This document shows, in pieces, positions 1 through 9,386 of a DNA stretch of 64,000 nt. A program made the position numbers and the translations under genes. Numbering within the stretch: position 1 is the stretch's first letter; every line of letters starts with the position of its first letter. The notes below the pieces were generated by a model. The model worked only from the letters and a program-made list of their open reading frames with translations, did not search any database and had not been told where the DNA came from. This DNA is from Cyanobacteriota bacterium (GTDB lineage: Bacteria > Cyanobacteriota > Cyanobacteriia > PCC-6307 > Cyanobiaceae). Where the stretch lies: positions 192,001 through 256,000 of the forward strand of contig JBJOMY010000001.1 of NCBI GenBank assembly GCA_046052125.1, in the 5' to 3' direction.

Positions 1-276
1 GCACCAGCCACCATCCACCAGTCGACGCCCGTCAGCCCCGACGCCATCTCCATTCATCAAGAACCGCACGAGCGGGTGTTCAGCGGCAGGCTCACGCCTG
101 ATGGCAACGGGGCCTTCCAGCTCTCAATGGCCACCGGTGAGGTGTGGCCTGTGATCACCCTCGAGCCCAGCCTGCATCGCTGGCTGGCGCAGCTGGATCA
201 AGCCAGGGAGGTGGAGCTGATTGGCTGCGCCAACCCCTGGGGGCCGTGGTTGCGGGTGTCGCGCTTAGCTGGCTGA
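1..276 (+). CDS. 3' end of a CDS truncated by the window edge (product not identifiable)
   Basis: Frame of ORF 76..276 is open back to base 1 (APATIHQSTP...GPWLRVSRLAG); stop overlaps the rnb stop region. Confidence 0.6.
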   Translation, partial: APATIHQSTPVSPDAISIHQEPHERVFSGRLTPDGNGAFQLSMATGEVWPVITLEPSLHRWLAQLDQAREVELIGCANPWGPWLRVSRLAG

Positions 277-2304
277 AGCCACCAGCCGCAGCTGATCGCG
301 CAGCGAATCCACCTGTTGCACACGCAGCAGCAACGCTTCACCGGGCTGGGCGTTCTGGGGGCATTCGGCAGCCAGATCCATCGCCAACTCATCCACCCGC
401 AGCAGTCCGAGCCGGTCCTGGGGCCGCAGCCAGCGCAGGAATTCGGCCTGCCACTGGCCACTCTTGTGGGCTTCGAACCACACCTGCTGCCAGTGGCGCT
501 GGTCTTCGCGGGAGATGCCGATGCCCTCGCGCACGGCGGAATCGAAGCTGTTGAGCAACTCCTGCAGATCGTCTTCGCTCAGGCTGGGAGCGCCGCTGAG
601 CTGGGCGTGAATCTGGCGTTGCACCACCAGGTCGCCGTAGCGGCGGATCGGTGAGGTGGCCTGCACATAGGCCGGTAGGCCCAGGCTGAAGTGGGCGGCG
701 GGTTGGGTGCCCATCAAACCGCGGCTGAGGCAGCGTTTGATCGCCGCAAAGCGCACCGCTCCATCGGGCAGGGCGTCGAGTTCCGCCTGAGGTGGCAGCT
801 CCGCCGGCAACTGACTGCGGAAGGGCAGGGCGAGGCCGTGCTCCACGCCAAAGTGGGCCGCCACGGCGCCAGCCAAGATCATCGCCTCGGCCACCATCGA
901 GCGGGAGGGGCCGGACTCACTCACCTCAAGCACCGGTTCGCCGTCGCGGCTGCGGATCCGCCCTTCGGGCAGATCCATCTGCAAGGCGCCCTGGCGCAAG
1001 CGCCACTGGCGGCGCCGATCCAAGAGCTTGTCGAGGTCAGCCAGATCGGCTTCCTCAGGCGGGGCCAGATCGATCAGATCGTCCGCATCGCTGTAGCTGA
1101 GCCGGTAGGTGGGCTTCACCCAGCTGCGCTCGATGCCGTAGGCCGCGATCTCGCCCTCGCCATCGAGATCCACCCAGGTGCTCCAGGCGGCGCTGCGCAC
1201 ACCGGCCCGCAGGCTGAAGGGGCCCGTGGTGAGCTCCAGCGGGAACATCGGCAGGTTGCCGCTGGCGAGATAGAGGCTGCTGCCGCGGCGGCGCGCTTCC
1301 AGATCCAACAGGGAATCCGGCTCCACCAGTCGGCCGGGATCGGCCACGTGGATCCACAGCCGCAGGCTGCCGTCGGCGCGGCGCTCCAGCGCCAAGCCGT
1401 CGTCGATGTCGCGGGTGTCGTCGTCGTCGATCGTCACGCAGCGCTGGGAAGTGAGATCGACTCGCGCGCTGTCGCCAGGAAGCTCCTGGGCGCTGAGCTC
1501 CAGCAATCGTTCGGCCTCGCGCTGATGCTCGGCGCTGAAGCCGGTGCTCCAGGTGGTGCCCCCCATGGAGGCCAGCTGGTGGGGGTCCCACTGCCCCAGA
1601 TCCACCAGTAGATGGCGTAGATCGCCGCGGTCGTGGCCGAGGTGCAGCGCTGAAAGGCTCTGGCGCAGATCCGGTTGCAGCTGCTCCAGTTCGATGCGGC
1701 CGGCGGCCAGCTGTTTGAGCTGCTCCAAGCGCTGCTGATGATCCTCAGGAAGCTCTGCAGCGGTGATGGGCTCCCGTGCCCTGAGCAGCTGCTGCCAGCG
1801 TTGCTCACGCTGTTCATGTAATTGCTTGAGGCGCCGTTCACGGCGCAGGGGCTTGAGCTCAGCGGCGCTGCGCGGCTGGATTACGCCCTGCTTGAAGCGG
1901 AACCACAGCTGCGAACCCACCAGCTCCAGCCAACAGGCGGCTAACTGCGCCGGCGCAGTGCCACCGCAAACGAGATCCGCGAAATCAGCGATCTCGACGG
2001 TCTCATCAGACTCCAACAGGAGAATCCAGGCCGCGCCCCAAGCGCGACGGCTGGGACCAGCTTGTTGAAGCTGTTCGGGCTTGAGTGCCCAAGGCAAAGC
2101 CCCCAGCCGATTCGGTGCATCAGCACCGGATGGCAGGGGGCAAATCAACTCCAGCTGACGCTGGGGCAACACAACGGGTTTGGCGTCGAAGCCAACCTTC
2201 AGGCGCGCTTTGCTGCCCTGGATGGCTTCGACAACAGCGAGCTGGGCTCCACGCGACTCCTGGACACCGACTAGATCGCCGGGATGGAGCGTTGCAGAGG
2301 CCAG
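265..2304 (-). CDS. rnb: Ribonuclease II/R family exoribonuclease (RNB domain)
   Basis: Catalytic TIDDDDTRDIDDG, HVADP, RGSSLYL and ATSPIRRYGDL motifs. ORF track starts at 2172, but the frame is open to 2322 with an in-frame CTG at 2304; start uncertain. Confidence 0.9.
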   Translation of the reverse strand: MASATLHPGDLVGVQESRGAQLAVVEAIQGSKARLKVGFDAKPVVLPQRQLELICPLPSGADAPNRLGALPWALKPEQLQQAGPSRRAWGAAWILLLESDETVEIADFADLVCGGTAPAQLAACWLELVGSQLWFRFKQGVIQPRSAAELKPLRRERRLKQLHEQREQRWQQLLRAREPITAAELPEDHQQRLEQLKQLAAGRIELEQLQPDLRQSLSALHLGHDRGDLRHLLVDLGQWDPHQLASMGGTTWSTGFSAEHQREAERLLELSAQELPGDSARVDLTSQRCVTIDDDDTRDIDDGLALERRADGSLRLWIHVADPGRLVEPDSLLDLEARRRGSSLYLASGNLPMFPLELTTGPFSLRAGVRSAAWSTWVDLDGEGEIAAYGIERSWVKPTYRLSYSDADDLIDLAPPEEADLADLDKLLDRRRQWRLRQGALQMDLPEGRIRSRDGEPVLEVSESGPSRSMVAEAMILAGAVAAHFGVEHGLALPFRSQLPAELPPQAELDALPDGAVRFAAIKRCLSRGLMGTQPAAHFSLGLPAYVQATSPIRRYGDLVVQRQIHAQLSGAPSLSEDDLQELLNSFDSAVREGIGISREDQRHWQQVWFEAHKSGQWQAEFLRWLRPQDRLGLLRVDELAMDLAAECPQNAQPGEALLLRVQQVDSLRDQLRLVASAS

Positions 2305-2308
2305 GAGA

Positions 2309-2530
2309 TCAGCCCTCGGGATTCACGAAGGGCAGCAGAGCCACGATGCGGGCGCGCTTCACGGCGTTGGTGAGGTCGCGCTGCTGCTTGGCGGTGAGGC
2401 CCGTCAGACGACGGGGCAGGATCTTGCCGCGCTCGGTGATGAACTTCTTGAGCAGATCGACATCCTTGTAGTCGATCGGATCGCCGGGTTTGATCGGCGA
2501 AAGACGCTTCTTGAAGAAGGAACTAGCCAT
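2309..2530 (-). CDS. rpsR: 30S ribosomal protein S18
   Basis: [26 protein letters not shown]...[13 protein letters not shown]. Confidence 0.98.
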   Translation of the reverse strand: MASSFFKKRLSPIKPGDPIDYKDVDLLKKFITERGKILPRRLTGLTAKQQRDLTNAVKRARIVALLPFVNPEG

Positions 2531-2580
2531 GGCTGAACGGTGAAGAAGGGGTGCAGAAGACTGGGGTTACACAGCGGAGA

Positions 2581-2775
2581 TCACTTGATCTCTTTGTGGA
2601 CCGTCGACTTGTTGCAGTGCGGGCAGAACTTCTTCAGTTCGATCCGTTCAGTGGTGTTGCGGCGGTTCTTCTGGGTGGTGTAACGGGACACACCAGGAGA
2701 CCGCTTGGCGGGGTTGGACCGGCATTCGGTGCACTCGAGAGTGATCACGATCCGGACGCCCTTGTTCTTAGCCAT
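2581..2775 (-). CDS. rpmG: 50S ribosomal protein L33 (Zn-ribbon form)
   Basis: ITLECTEC...[33 protein letters not shown]. Confidence 0.98.
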   Translation of the reverse strand: MAKNKGVRIVITLECTECRSNPAKRSPGVSRYTTQKNRRNTTERIELKKFCPHCNKSTVHKEIK

Positions 2776-2892
2776 AAAGGACGTTGCCTCGCTTTGGCGA
2801 TGCGTGTTGGACAGCGATCAACCATACCTTGTCGCCTGACCTGAACCTCCAGGCCCAGTCTTTAGAGTCGGCCGATTGCGAACGGTTCTGAC

Positions 2893-5355
2893 ATGCGGGT
2901 CTCGCTCCAATGGCTGCGGGAGCTGGTGGCCTGTGATCTGCCCGCCGAGGAGCTGGGCGAGCGCTTGTCAGTGGCCGGCTTTGAAGTGGAGGAAATCGAG
3001 GATCTCGCCGCCCGTGCCGCCGGTGTGGTGGTGGGCCACGTGGAAACCCGCGAGCAACACCCAAACGCCGACAAATTGAGCGTCTGCACGGTGCAGATCG
3101 GCGACGCAGAACCGCTTCAGATCGTCTGCGGTGCCAAGAACGTCCGCGCCGGCATCCACGTGGCGGTGGCCACGGTGGGTGCGTATCTCCCGGCGGTGGA
3201 TCTCACGATCAAGCCGGCCGAGCTGCGCGGTGTGGCCAGCAGCGGCATGATCTGCTCCCTCTCCGAGCTCGGCCTGGCCGATAGCTCTGACGGGATCGTG
3301 ATCCTTGATGAGGCCCTGGAGAGCGTGCCGCCGCTGGGTAGCCCCGTGGGTCCCCTGTTTGGCCTGGACGACCAGGTGCTGGAGCTGGCGATCACCGCCA
3401 ACCGCCCCGATGGCCTCTCCATGCAGGGCATCGCCCGCGAGGTGGCCGCCCTCAGCGGTGCAGCCCTCACCCTGGCGGCCACCCCGCCAGCCGTAAAGGC
3501 CGAGCCTCTGCCCGTGGCAGCGCCAGTGCATGAGCGGATCGAAGCCGGTGGCCTGTTCAGCCTCACCAGCCTGAGCGGGATCCGTGTGGCCCCCTCGCCC
3601 CAATGGCTGCAAAGCCGCCTGGAGCGCGCCGGTCTGCGGCCCGTTAACAACGTGGTCGACATCACCAATCTGGTGATGCTCGAATTCGGCCAGCCCCTGC
3701 ACGCCTTCGACGCCAACAAGCTCGCGGCCCTCAGCGGCGGATCCCTGGATCCGGCTCAGCTGGATCTGCGCGCTGGCCGCAGTGATGAGGCCTTTGTGTC
3801 GCTCGATGGCAGCGAGCACACCCTCAGCCCTGAAGCCTGGGTGGTGAGTTACGCCGATCAGGCGATTGCCCTGGCCGGTGTGATCGGCGGCAATAACAGC
3901 TGTGTGGATGAGACCACCACGGCGATCTGGCTCGAGGCGGCGATGTTCGCCCCGCAAACCGTGCGCCGCAGTGCCCGCAGCGTTGGCCTGCGCACCGATG
4001 CCAGCAGCCGTTTTGAAAAAGGCTTACCCCGTGAGGTCACCCTCACGGCGGCCGATCGCGCCGTGCAGCTGTTCCAGGAGCTCTGCGGCGCCAGCCTCGA
4101 GGGGCGCTGGTGCCACGAGCACAGCCAAGAACCCCGCCCGGCCCTGAATCTGCGCCGCGACGCCCTCCACAACTTGCTCGGCCCGGTGATCACGGCCGAT
4201 GGCGATGAAACCGATCTCGAGGATGCCGAGATCGAGCAGATCCTCACCGCCCTGGGCTGCAGCCTCAGTCCGGACGACGAGGGCTGGCAGGTGCAGGTGC
4301 CACCCTCCCGCGCCATGGATCTGGTGCGTGAGGTGGATCTGATTGAAGAAGTGGCGCGCTTGGTGGGCTACGACCGCTTCGCCAGCCATCTACCTGATCC
4401 GATTGAGCCCGGCGGCCTCAACGCCGAACAGGAGGCGGAGCGTCGCCTGCGCCGGATCCTCGCGGCCAGCGGCTTGCAAGAAACCTGCAGCCTCTCGCTG
4501 GGGCCAGCGGTGTCTGAGCGCCCCGGCGCTGATCCGGCCCGGCGGGTTGCTCTGGCCAACCCCTTGTTGGCGGACTACAGCCATCTGCGCGACAGCCTGG
4601 TGGACGAGCTGTTGCTGGCGGCGCAGCGGAATCTTCAGGCGGGCCGCAGCGGCTTCTGGGCCTTTGAACTGGGCAACGTCTTCGATGCCACGGCGAAAGA
4701 CGGTGGCCAGCGCCTGCAGCTGGCAGGCGTGATCTGCGGGGCTCGCCAGGCGGAGCTGTGGAGCAGCGGCGGCAAACCCCAAGCGCTCGATTACTTCCAG
4801 GCCCGCGGTCTGTTGCAACAGGCGCTGCTGAGTCTCAAGTTGCCCGTGGAGGATCGCCGGCTCACCAGCGAACCGATGCTGCATCCGGGCCGGGCCGCTC
4901 AGGTGGTGGTGGAAGGCCGCCCCGCCGGCTGTTTCGGCCAGGTGCATCCCGAGCTGGCCGAGCGCTACGACCTACCCGCCGCCACCTATCTGTTCCAACT
5001 GGAGGTGCCGCAGCTCCTGAGCGCCGCCACGCGCCGGAACCGCTGGCAGCCGGCGTTTGGCGCCTTCCCCACGGTTCCGGCCTCCGAACGCGATCTGGCG
5101 CTGGTGGTGCCCAGCAGCACCGCCAGCGGTGATCTGCTCCAGGCGATCCGCAAAGCCGGCAAACCCCTGCTCGAGCAGGCCGAACTGGTGGATCGTTACG
5201 AGGGTGAGCAGGTGGCCGCCGGCAGCTGCAGCCAAGCCTTCCGCCTGCGCTACCGCGACGCCAAGCGCACCCTCACCGATGCGGAAGTGGATAGCGCCCA
5301 CCAGGCCATTCGCGCCGCCCTGGAGAAACAATTCGGCGCTCAACTGCGCGCCTGA
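2893..5355 (+). CDS. pheT: Phenylalanine-tRNA ligase beta subunit
   Basis: MRVSLQWL, HPNADKL, QIVCGAKN, ITANRPD, RFEKG, DLIEEVARLVGYD, C-terminal anticodon-binding RDLALVV. Confidence 0.98.
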   Translation: MRVSLQWLRELVACDLPAEELGERLSVAGFEVEEIEDLAARAAGVVVGHVETREQHPNADKLSVCTVQIGDAEPLQIVCGAKNVRAGIHVAVATVGAYLPAVDLTIKPAELRGVASSGMICSLSELGLADSSDGIVILDEALESVPPLGSPVGPLFGLDDQVLELAITANRPDGLSMQGIAREVAALSGAALTLAATPPAVKAEPLPVAAPVHERIEAGGLFSLTSLSGIRVAPSPQWLQSRLERAGLRPVNNVVDITNLVMLEFGQPLHAFDANKLAALSGGSLDPAQLDLRAGRSDEAFVSLDGSEHTLSPEAWVVSYADQAIALAGVIGGNNSCVDETTTAIWLEAAMFAPQTVRRSARSVGLRTDASSRFEKGLPREVTLTAADRAVQLFQELCGASLEGRWCHEHSQEPRPALNLRRDALHNLLGPVITADGDETDLEDAEIEQILTALGCSLSPDDEGWQVQVPPSRAMDLVREVDLIEEVARLVGYDRFASHLPDPIEPGGLNAEQEAERRLRRILAASGLQETCSLSLGPAVSERPGADPARRVALANPLLADYSHLRDSLVDELLLAAQRNLQAGRSGFWAFELGNVFDATAKDGGQRLQLAGVICGARQAELWSSGGKPQALDYFQARGLLQQALLSLKLPVEDRRLTSEPMLHPGRAAQVVVEGRPAGCFGQVHPELAERYDLPAATYLFQLEVPQLLSAATRRNRWQPAFGAFPTVPASERDLALVVPSSTASGDLLQAIRKAGKPLLEQAELVDRYEGEQVAAGSCSQAFRLRYRDAKRTLTDAEVDSAHQAIRAALEKQFGAQLRA

Positions 5356-5366
5356 AGCCAGCGGAA

Positions 5367-6731
5367 TCAGTCCCGCTGCAGCAGGGCCACGCTCTCCACG
5401 TGGCTGGTTTGGGGGAAGAAGTCCACGGGCTGCACCGGCCGCAACCGGTAACCAGCCTCTTCAGTGAGCCGACCCAGGTCTCGGGCGAGGGTGGCTGGGT
5501 TGCAGCTGATGTAGGCGATGCGCTTGGGCGGAGCCTGCAGGATGGCCTCCATCACTTCGGGGGTGAGGCCCTTGCGCGGTGGATCCACCAGCAGGGATGA
5601 CGCCCAGGTGAGGTGTTCGGCCAGGGAGGCCGCCACATCGGCCTGCTCAAAGCGGGCGTTCGGCAGCTGATTGCGCTCCGCATTGGCACGGGCCTGCTGC
5701 ACCGAGCCCTCGTGAAGCTCCAGCCCCAACACATTCAGGCCGGCCGCCGCCAGGGGCAGTGAGAACGTGCCAATGCCGGAGTAGGCCTCGAGCACCTGGC
5801 TGGTGGCATCCTCCAAAAAGAAGTTCACCAGCAGAGGCACCACCCGCTCCGCCTGGGCAGTGTTCACCTGAAAAAAGGTGTCGGCGGCGATGCGCAGGGC
5901 GTGACCGGCAAAGCGTTCCTCCAGCCAGGAGCGGCCGCAGATCTGCAGGGTGTCGGCCCCGAGAACCACGTTGTTGGCCTTGGGTTGCAGGTTCAGATTC
6001 ACGCCCACCACCTCGGGCCAGCGCTGCATCCACTGATTGGCCAGAGCCTCCAGACCCGGCAGGTTGTTGTGGCTGCTCACCAGGGTGATCAACACCTCGC
6101 CGCTGTGGTGACCCACACGAAGGGCGAGATGTCGCAGGCCGCCGCCGGCGCTGAGGTTGACATCGACGGGCCAGCGCGTGGCCTCCAGATCAGCCTTGAT
6201 CGGTGCAATCAGGCCATCGATGCGTGGATCCAGCACTGGGCAGCGATTCATGTTCACGATCTTGTGGCTGCCGCGGCGGTAGTAGCCAGCGCGCAGCTGC
6301 CCCTCCGGGCTGAACTCGAGCGGAATCAGCGCCCGATTGCGATAGCCGAGCGGCGTTTCCGCACTCCAGATCGGCAACACCTCCACCTGGAGATGGCCCA
6401 CGCGCTGCAGCGCCTGACGCACCAGATCGGTTTTCAGCTCTGCCTGGGCTGCATCGGCGCAGTGCTGCAGGGAGCAGCCGCCGCAGCGGTCCGCAAGGAT
6501 GCACGGAGCCTTCCGCCGCTGCTCCGAAGGCTCCTCCACACCCACCAGGTCCGCTTCCAGGTGACGTTTGGCACTGCGCCTGAGCCGAGCTACAACGCGT
6601 TCCTGGGGCAAAGCGCCGGGAACAAACACCGCCAGGTCCTGATAACGGCCAACGCCCTGGCCCTCGTGGCCGAGCCCGTCGATGCTCAATTCAAAGGTCT
6701 GCCCCAACTTGAGGTCGCTCGCCACACCCAT
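5367..6731 (-). CDS. rlmD: 23S rRNA (uracil-C5)-methyltransferase RlmD/RumA
   Basis: TRAM domain, C-x5-CGGC Fe-S motif, FFQVN, DPPRKG, YISCNPATLARD, FPQTSHVE. Confidence 0.95.
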   Translation of the reverse strand: MGVASDLKLGQTFELSIDGLGHEGQGVGRYQDLAVFVPGALPQERVVARLRRSAKRHLEADLVGVEEPSEQRRKAPCILADRCGGCSLQHCADAAQAELKTDLVRQALQRVGHLQVEVLPIWSAETPLGYRNRALIPLEFSPEGQLRAGYYRRGSHKIVNMNRCPVLDPRIDGLIAPIKADLEATRWPVDVNLSAGGGLRHLALRVGHHSGEVLITLVSSHNNLPGLEALANQWMQRWPEVVGVNLNLQPKANNVVLGADTLQICGRSWLEERFAGHALRIAADTFFQVNTAQAERVVPLLVNFFLEDATSQVLEAYSGIGTFSLPLAAAGLNVLGLELHEGSVQQARANAERNQLPNARFEQADVAASLAEHLTWASSLLVDPPRKGLTPEVMEAILQAPPKRIAYISCNPATLARDLGRLTEEAGYRLRPVQPVDFFPQTSHVESVALLQRD

Positions 6732-6841
6732 CTGTTCGCCTTTTCTGATCCTTCGACCCTATCGGTGCGTAAACACCTGGCCTTTCAAGCGAAGTTGAGG
6801 CCTTCAGTCTCGATAGAGTGCCTGGGCAACAGGTGGTTTCG

Positions 6842-7336
6842 ATGAGCGTCGTACGCGATCTGATCCTGCAGGCAGACGATCAGCTCCGCTATCCCACCGG
6901 CGGTGAGCTCCGCTCGATGGTCGAGTTCCTCTCGACCGGCGCCAGCCGCATGTCGGTTGTGCGGGCCCTCACCGAAAACGAGAAAAAGATCGTCGACGAG
7001 GCCGCCAAGCAGCTGTTCAGCCGCAAGCCTGAATACGTGGCCCCCGGCGGCAACGCCTACGGCCAGAAGCAGCGGGCTCAGTGCCTGCGCGACTTCGGCT
7101 GGTACCTCCGCCTGGTGACCTACGGCGTTCTTGCCGGCAGCACCGAAATGATCCAGAAGATCGGTCTGGAAGGTGCCCGTGAGATGTACAACAGCCTCGG
7201 CGTTCCGATGCCCGGCATGGTCGAGTCGATGCGCTGCCTGAAGGAAGCCTCCCTCGTGCTGCTCAATGGTGACGACGCTGCGCTCGCCGCTCCTTACTTC
7301 GACTTCCTGATTCAGGGGATGCAGACCCCCTGCTGA
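6842..7336 (+). CDS. apcD: Allophycocyanin alpha-B subunit
   Basis: [30 protein letters not shown], chromophore Cys in [22 protein letters not shown] at 6842. Confidence 0.95.
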   Translation: MSVVRDLILQADDQLRYPTGGELRSMVEFLSTGASRMSVVRALTENEKKIVDEAAKQLFSRKPEYVAPGGNAYGQKQRAQCLRDFGWYLRLVTYGVLAGSTEMIQKIGLEGAREMYNSLGVPMPGMVESMRCLKEASLVLLNGDDAALAAPYFDFLIQGMQTPC

Positions 7337-7359
7337 TCAGCGCAAGCAACCTGATATTC

Positions 7360-7391
7360 AAAACCGGTGGTTTCTGACCACCGGTTTTTTT
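7360..7391 (+). terminator. Rho-independent terminator after apcD
   Basis: AAAACCGGTGG-TTTCTGA-CCACCGGTTTTTTT stem-loop with T tract; upstream A tract may make it bidirectional. Confidence 0.85.
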
Positions 7392-7854
7392 GTATCCGTC
7401 AGGAGCCAACGCACTCGACCCCGACAATCAGACGAAGGGTTACGAGCCGCAGAAGTCTCATGCGCATCCGAGTCTGCGCCTCATGCCCAGTCTCATACGG
7501 GACTATCGAGCCTGCTTGCGGGTCGTCTTGAGCCGGTAAACAAACCATCGAGCGATCTCGGCTTGATGCGAGGGATCTCGTGCTCAGCACCTGTCACTGG
7601 ATCGATACCCGCACTCGATCAACACGTGATTGATGCACGCATCAACAGGTGCGTGCTGCTGCATTGCTCTCTTTGAGCCGATGACAAAACGAGGCCAGTA
7701 CATCCCGGATGCGTCTCATTCCTGGTCTAGAGGCTGTGAGCTGGCTAGACGTCCGGGATCGCTTTTTTATCGATCAGGGCTGCATTCGGCAGGGACCAAG
7801 GCACGCCAAAACCTTTACTCGACTTCCGCAATTCGCGGTCACAGCATCGCCCAT

Positions 7855-7888
<34 letters not shown>

Positions 7889-8304
7889 ATCATGCACGGG
7901 CCATCCCCTGCTCAACCAATACCTTCCTGAACCTGGAAGCAAGAAGCCTGCATGCCCCAAAAGCCTGCGTACCTGTGTCTACAGCAGGTACGCGCTGAGC
8001 CGAGCTTCGACACCGGAACGGGTTTCAGCTTGGCCAAGAGTCCTGGACACAGACCGGGAAGCCATGGACAAGGAACAGTGGAGCGGATCCGTCAGAAAGC
8101 AGCCGCGAAGGAGTGGGATCGAGAAGTAACCACTGACGGGTGGAACACAGACAGTTTTGACGAAAAAAAAGAACTTGATACCAACCCAGCGATCCGAGGC
8201 GGGCATGCGACAAGGTCCTCGCAACGAACAGCCAAGCAGAAACTCGCTGGTCCCAATCAGCATGCGTATCTGGACTGGGACTGCGTCACAGATGAGATGC
8301 CTGA

Positions 8305-9360
8305 TTAGGCTGCGCGGCGATAGCGCTCCTTCAGGAACTGATAGGCCTCATTGAGTCGTCGCATGGCATCCGCTGAGCCGCCCGCATCGGGGTGATGGCT
8401 CTGGGCTTGCTCGCGGTAGGCATCGCGCACTTCCTTCAGCGTGTACGGACGATCCGCGACGGTCGGTAACTGCAACAAACGAAGCGCACCATGCACCGTC
8501 ATCGATTGATCAATCGCCTCGAACGAAGTGGTGCGTTTGTTGCGGCTGCGATGCCGTTGAACAAAGCGTGTGATCAACGTGGGGACACGAACCGCCAGGC
8601 TGTTGCCGCCGAACGGGTCCTCCAGAATTCCGGCAGCAGTCACCACCCGCTCAAGACTGGGCTCGGCAACGATCCAGCTGGGAGCGAGTGACAGGATCAC
8701 TTGCTGGGCCAGATTCCAGCTGAAGGGCCTGCCATCGCTGTGATCCGACTGGGGCCAGATGTCGCGGGCCAGCCAACTCAGGGCTGCGTCCACCACGGCG
8801 TCACTCGGAGCTTGGCCATAGATCTCGAGCCAGTGCTGCTGGGCGCGAAGCAGCGCATCTTGCATGGCGTCCTGGGAGACCAACGCCAATGCAGCGGGGC
8901 GATCGTCACCCAGGGGCAACGCCGGCTCCTGAAGACTGCGTTTCACTGCACGGGCTTGCCGCCGCACAAACCCAGGTAATTGAATGCCGCCGCTTTCATC
9001 GGCGGCCACTGATCCGAAACCTCGGCGAGAGGACGCGAACAGACTCTCATTCGCACCGGATGCGTCTCGCTCCTGGTCCCCAACTGCGACAAGGGCGGAA
9101 CCGATGAGAACGATGGCGGCTGACTCGTCGAGCTCTCCGGGACCCATCCGTTCAGCTGAATCCGCCTGCTCGTCGGCAACGGCGATCTCCTCGCTGGCGT
9201 CGGGCTCCTCGTTCTCTGTGAGCACTTCGCGCAGCAGCTGCTCCACCATCGGCCCACGGCTGCGAAATCCCATTCGGGATTTCATGCCATCGATCAAACC
9301 GAGCAGCTCTTCGCTGAGCTCAAGGGTGATGCGCCGTTTGTCGGATCCGCTCTCCGCCAC
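8305..9360 (-). CDS. Protein with N-terminal ribbon-helix-helix-like segment and C-terminal DnaJ J-domain
   Basis: N-term KRRITLELSEELLGLIDGMK...SRGPMVEQLLREVL; C-term EVRDAYREQAQSHHPDAGGSADAMRRLNEAYQFL with HPD. Confidence 0.85.
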   Translation of the reverse strand: MAESGSDKRRITLELSEELLGLIDGMKSRMGFRSRGPMVEQLLREVLTENEEPDASEEIAVADEQADSAERMGPGELDESAAIVLIGSALVAVGDQERDASGANESLFASSRRGFGSVAADESGGIQLPGFVRRQARAVKRSLQEPALPLGDDRPAALALVSQDAMQDALLRAQQHWLEIYGQAPSDAVVDAALSWLARDIWPQSDHSDGRPFSWNLAQQVILSLAPSWIVAEPSLERVVTAAGILEDPFGGNSLAVRVPTLITRFVQRHRSRNKRTTSFEAIDQSMTVHGALRLLQLPTVADRPYTLKEVRDAYREQAQSHHPDAGGSADAMRRLNEAYQFLKERYRRAA

Positions 9361-9386
9361 GCCCGGACGCTGATGTCCCCCTGAGG

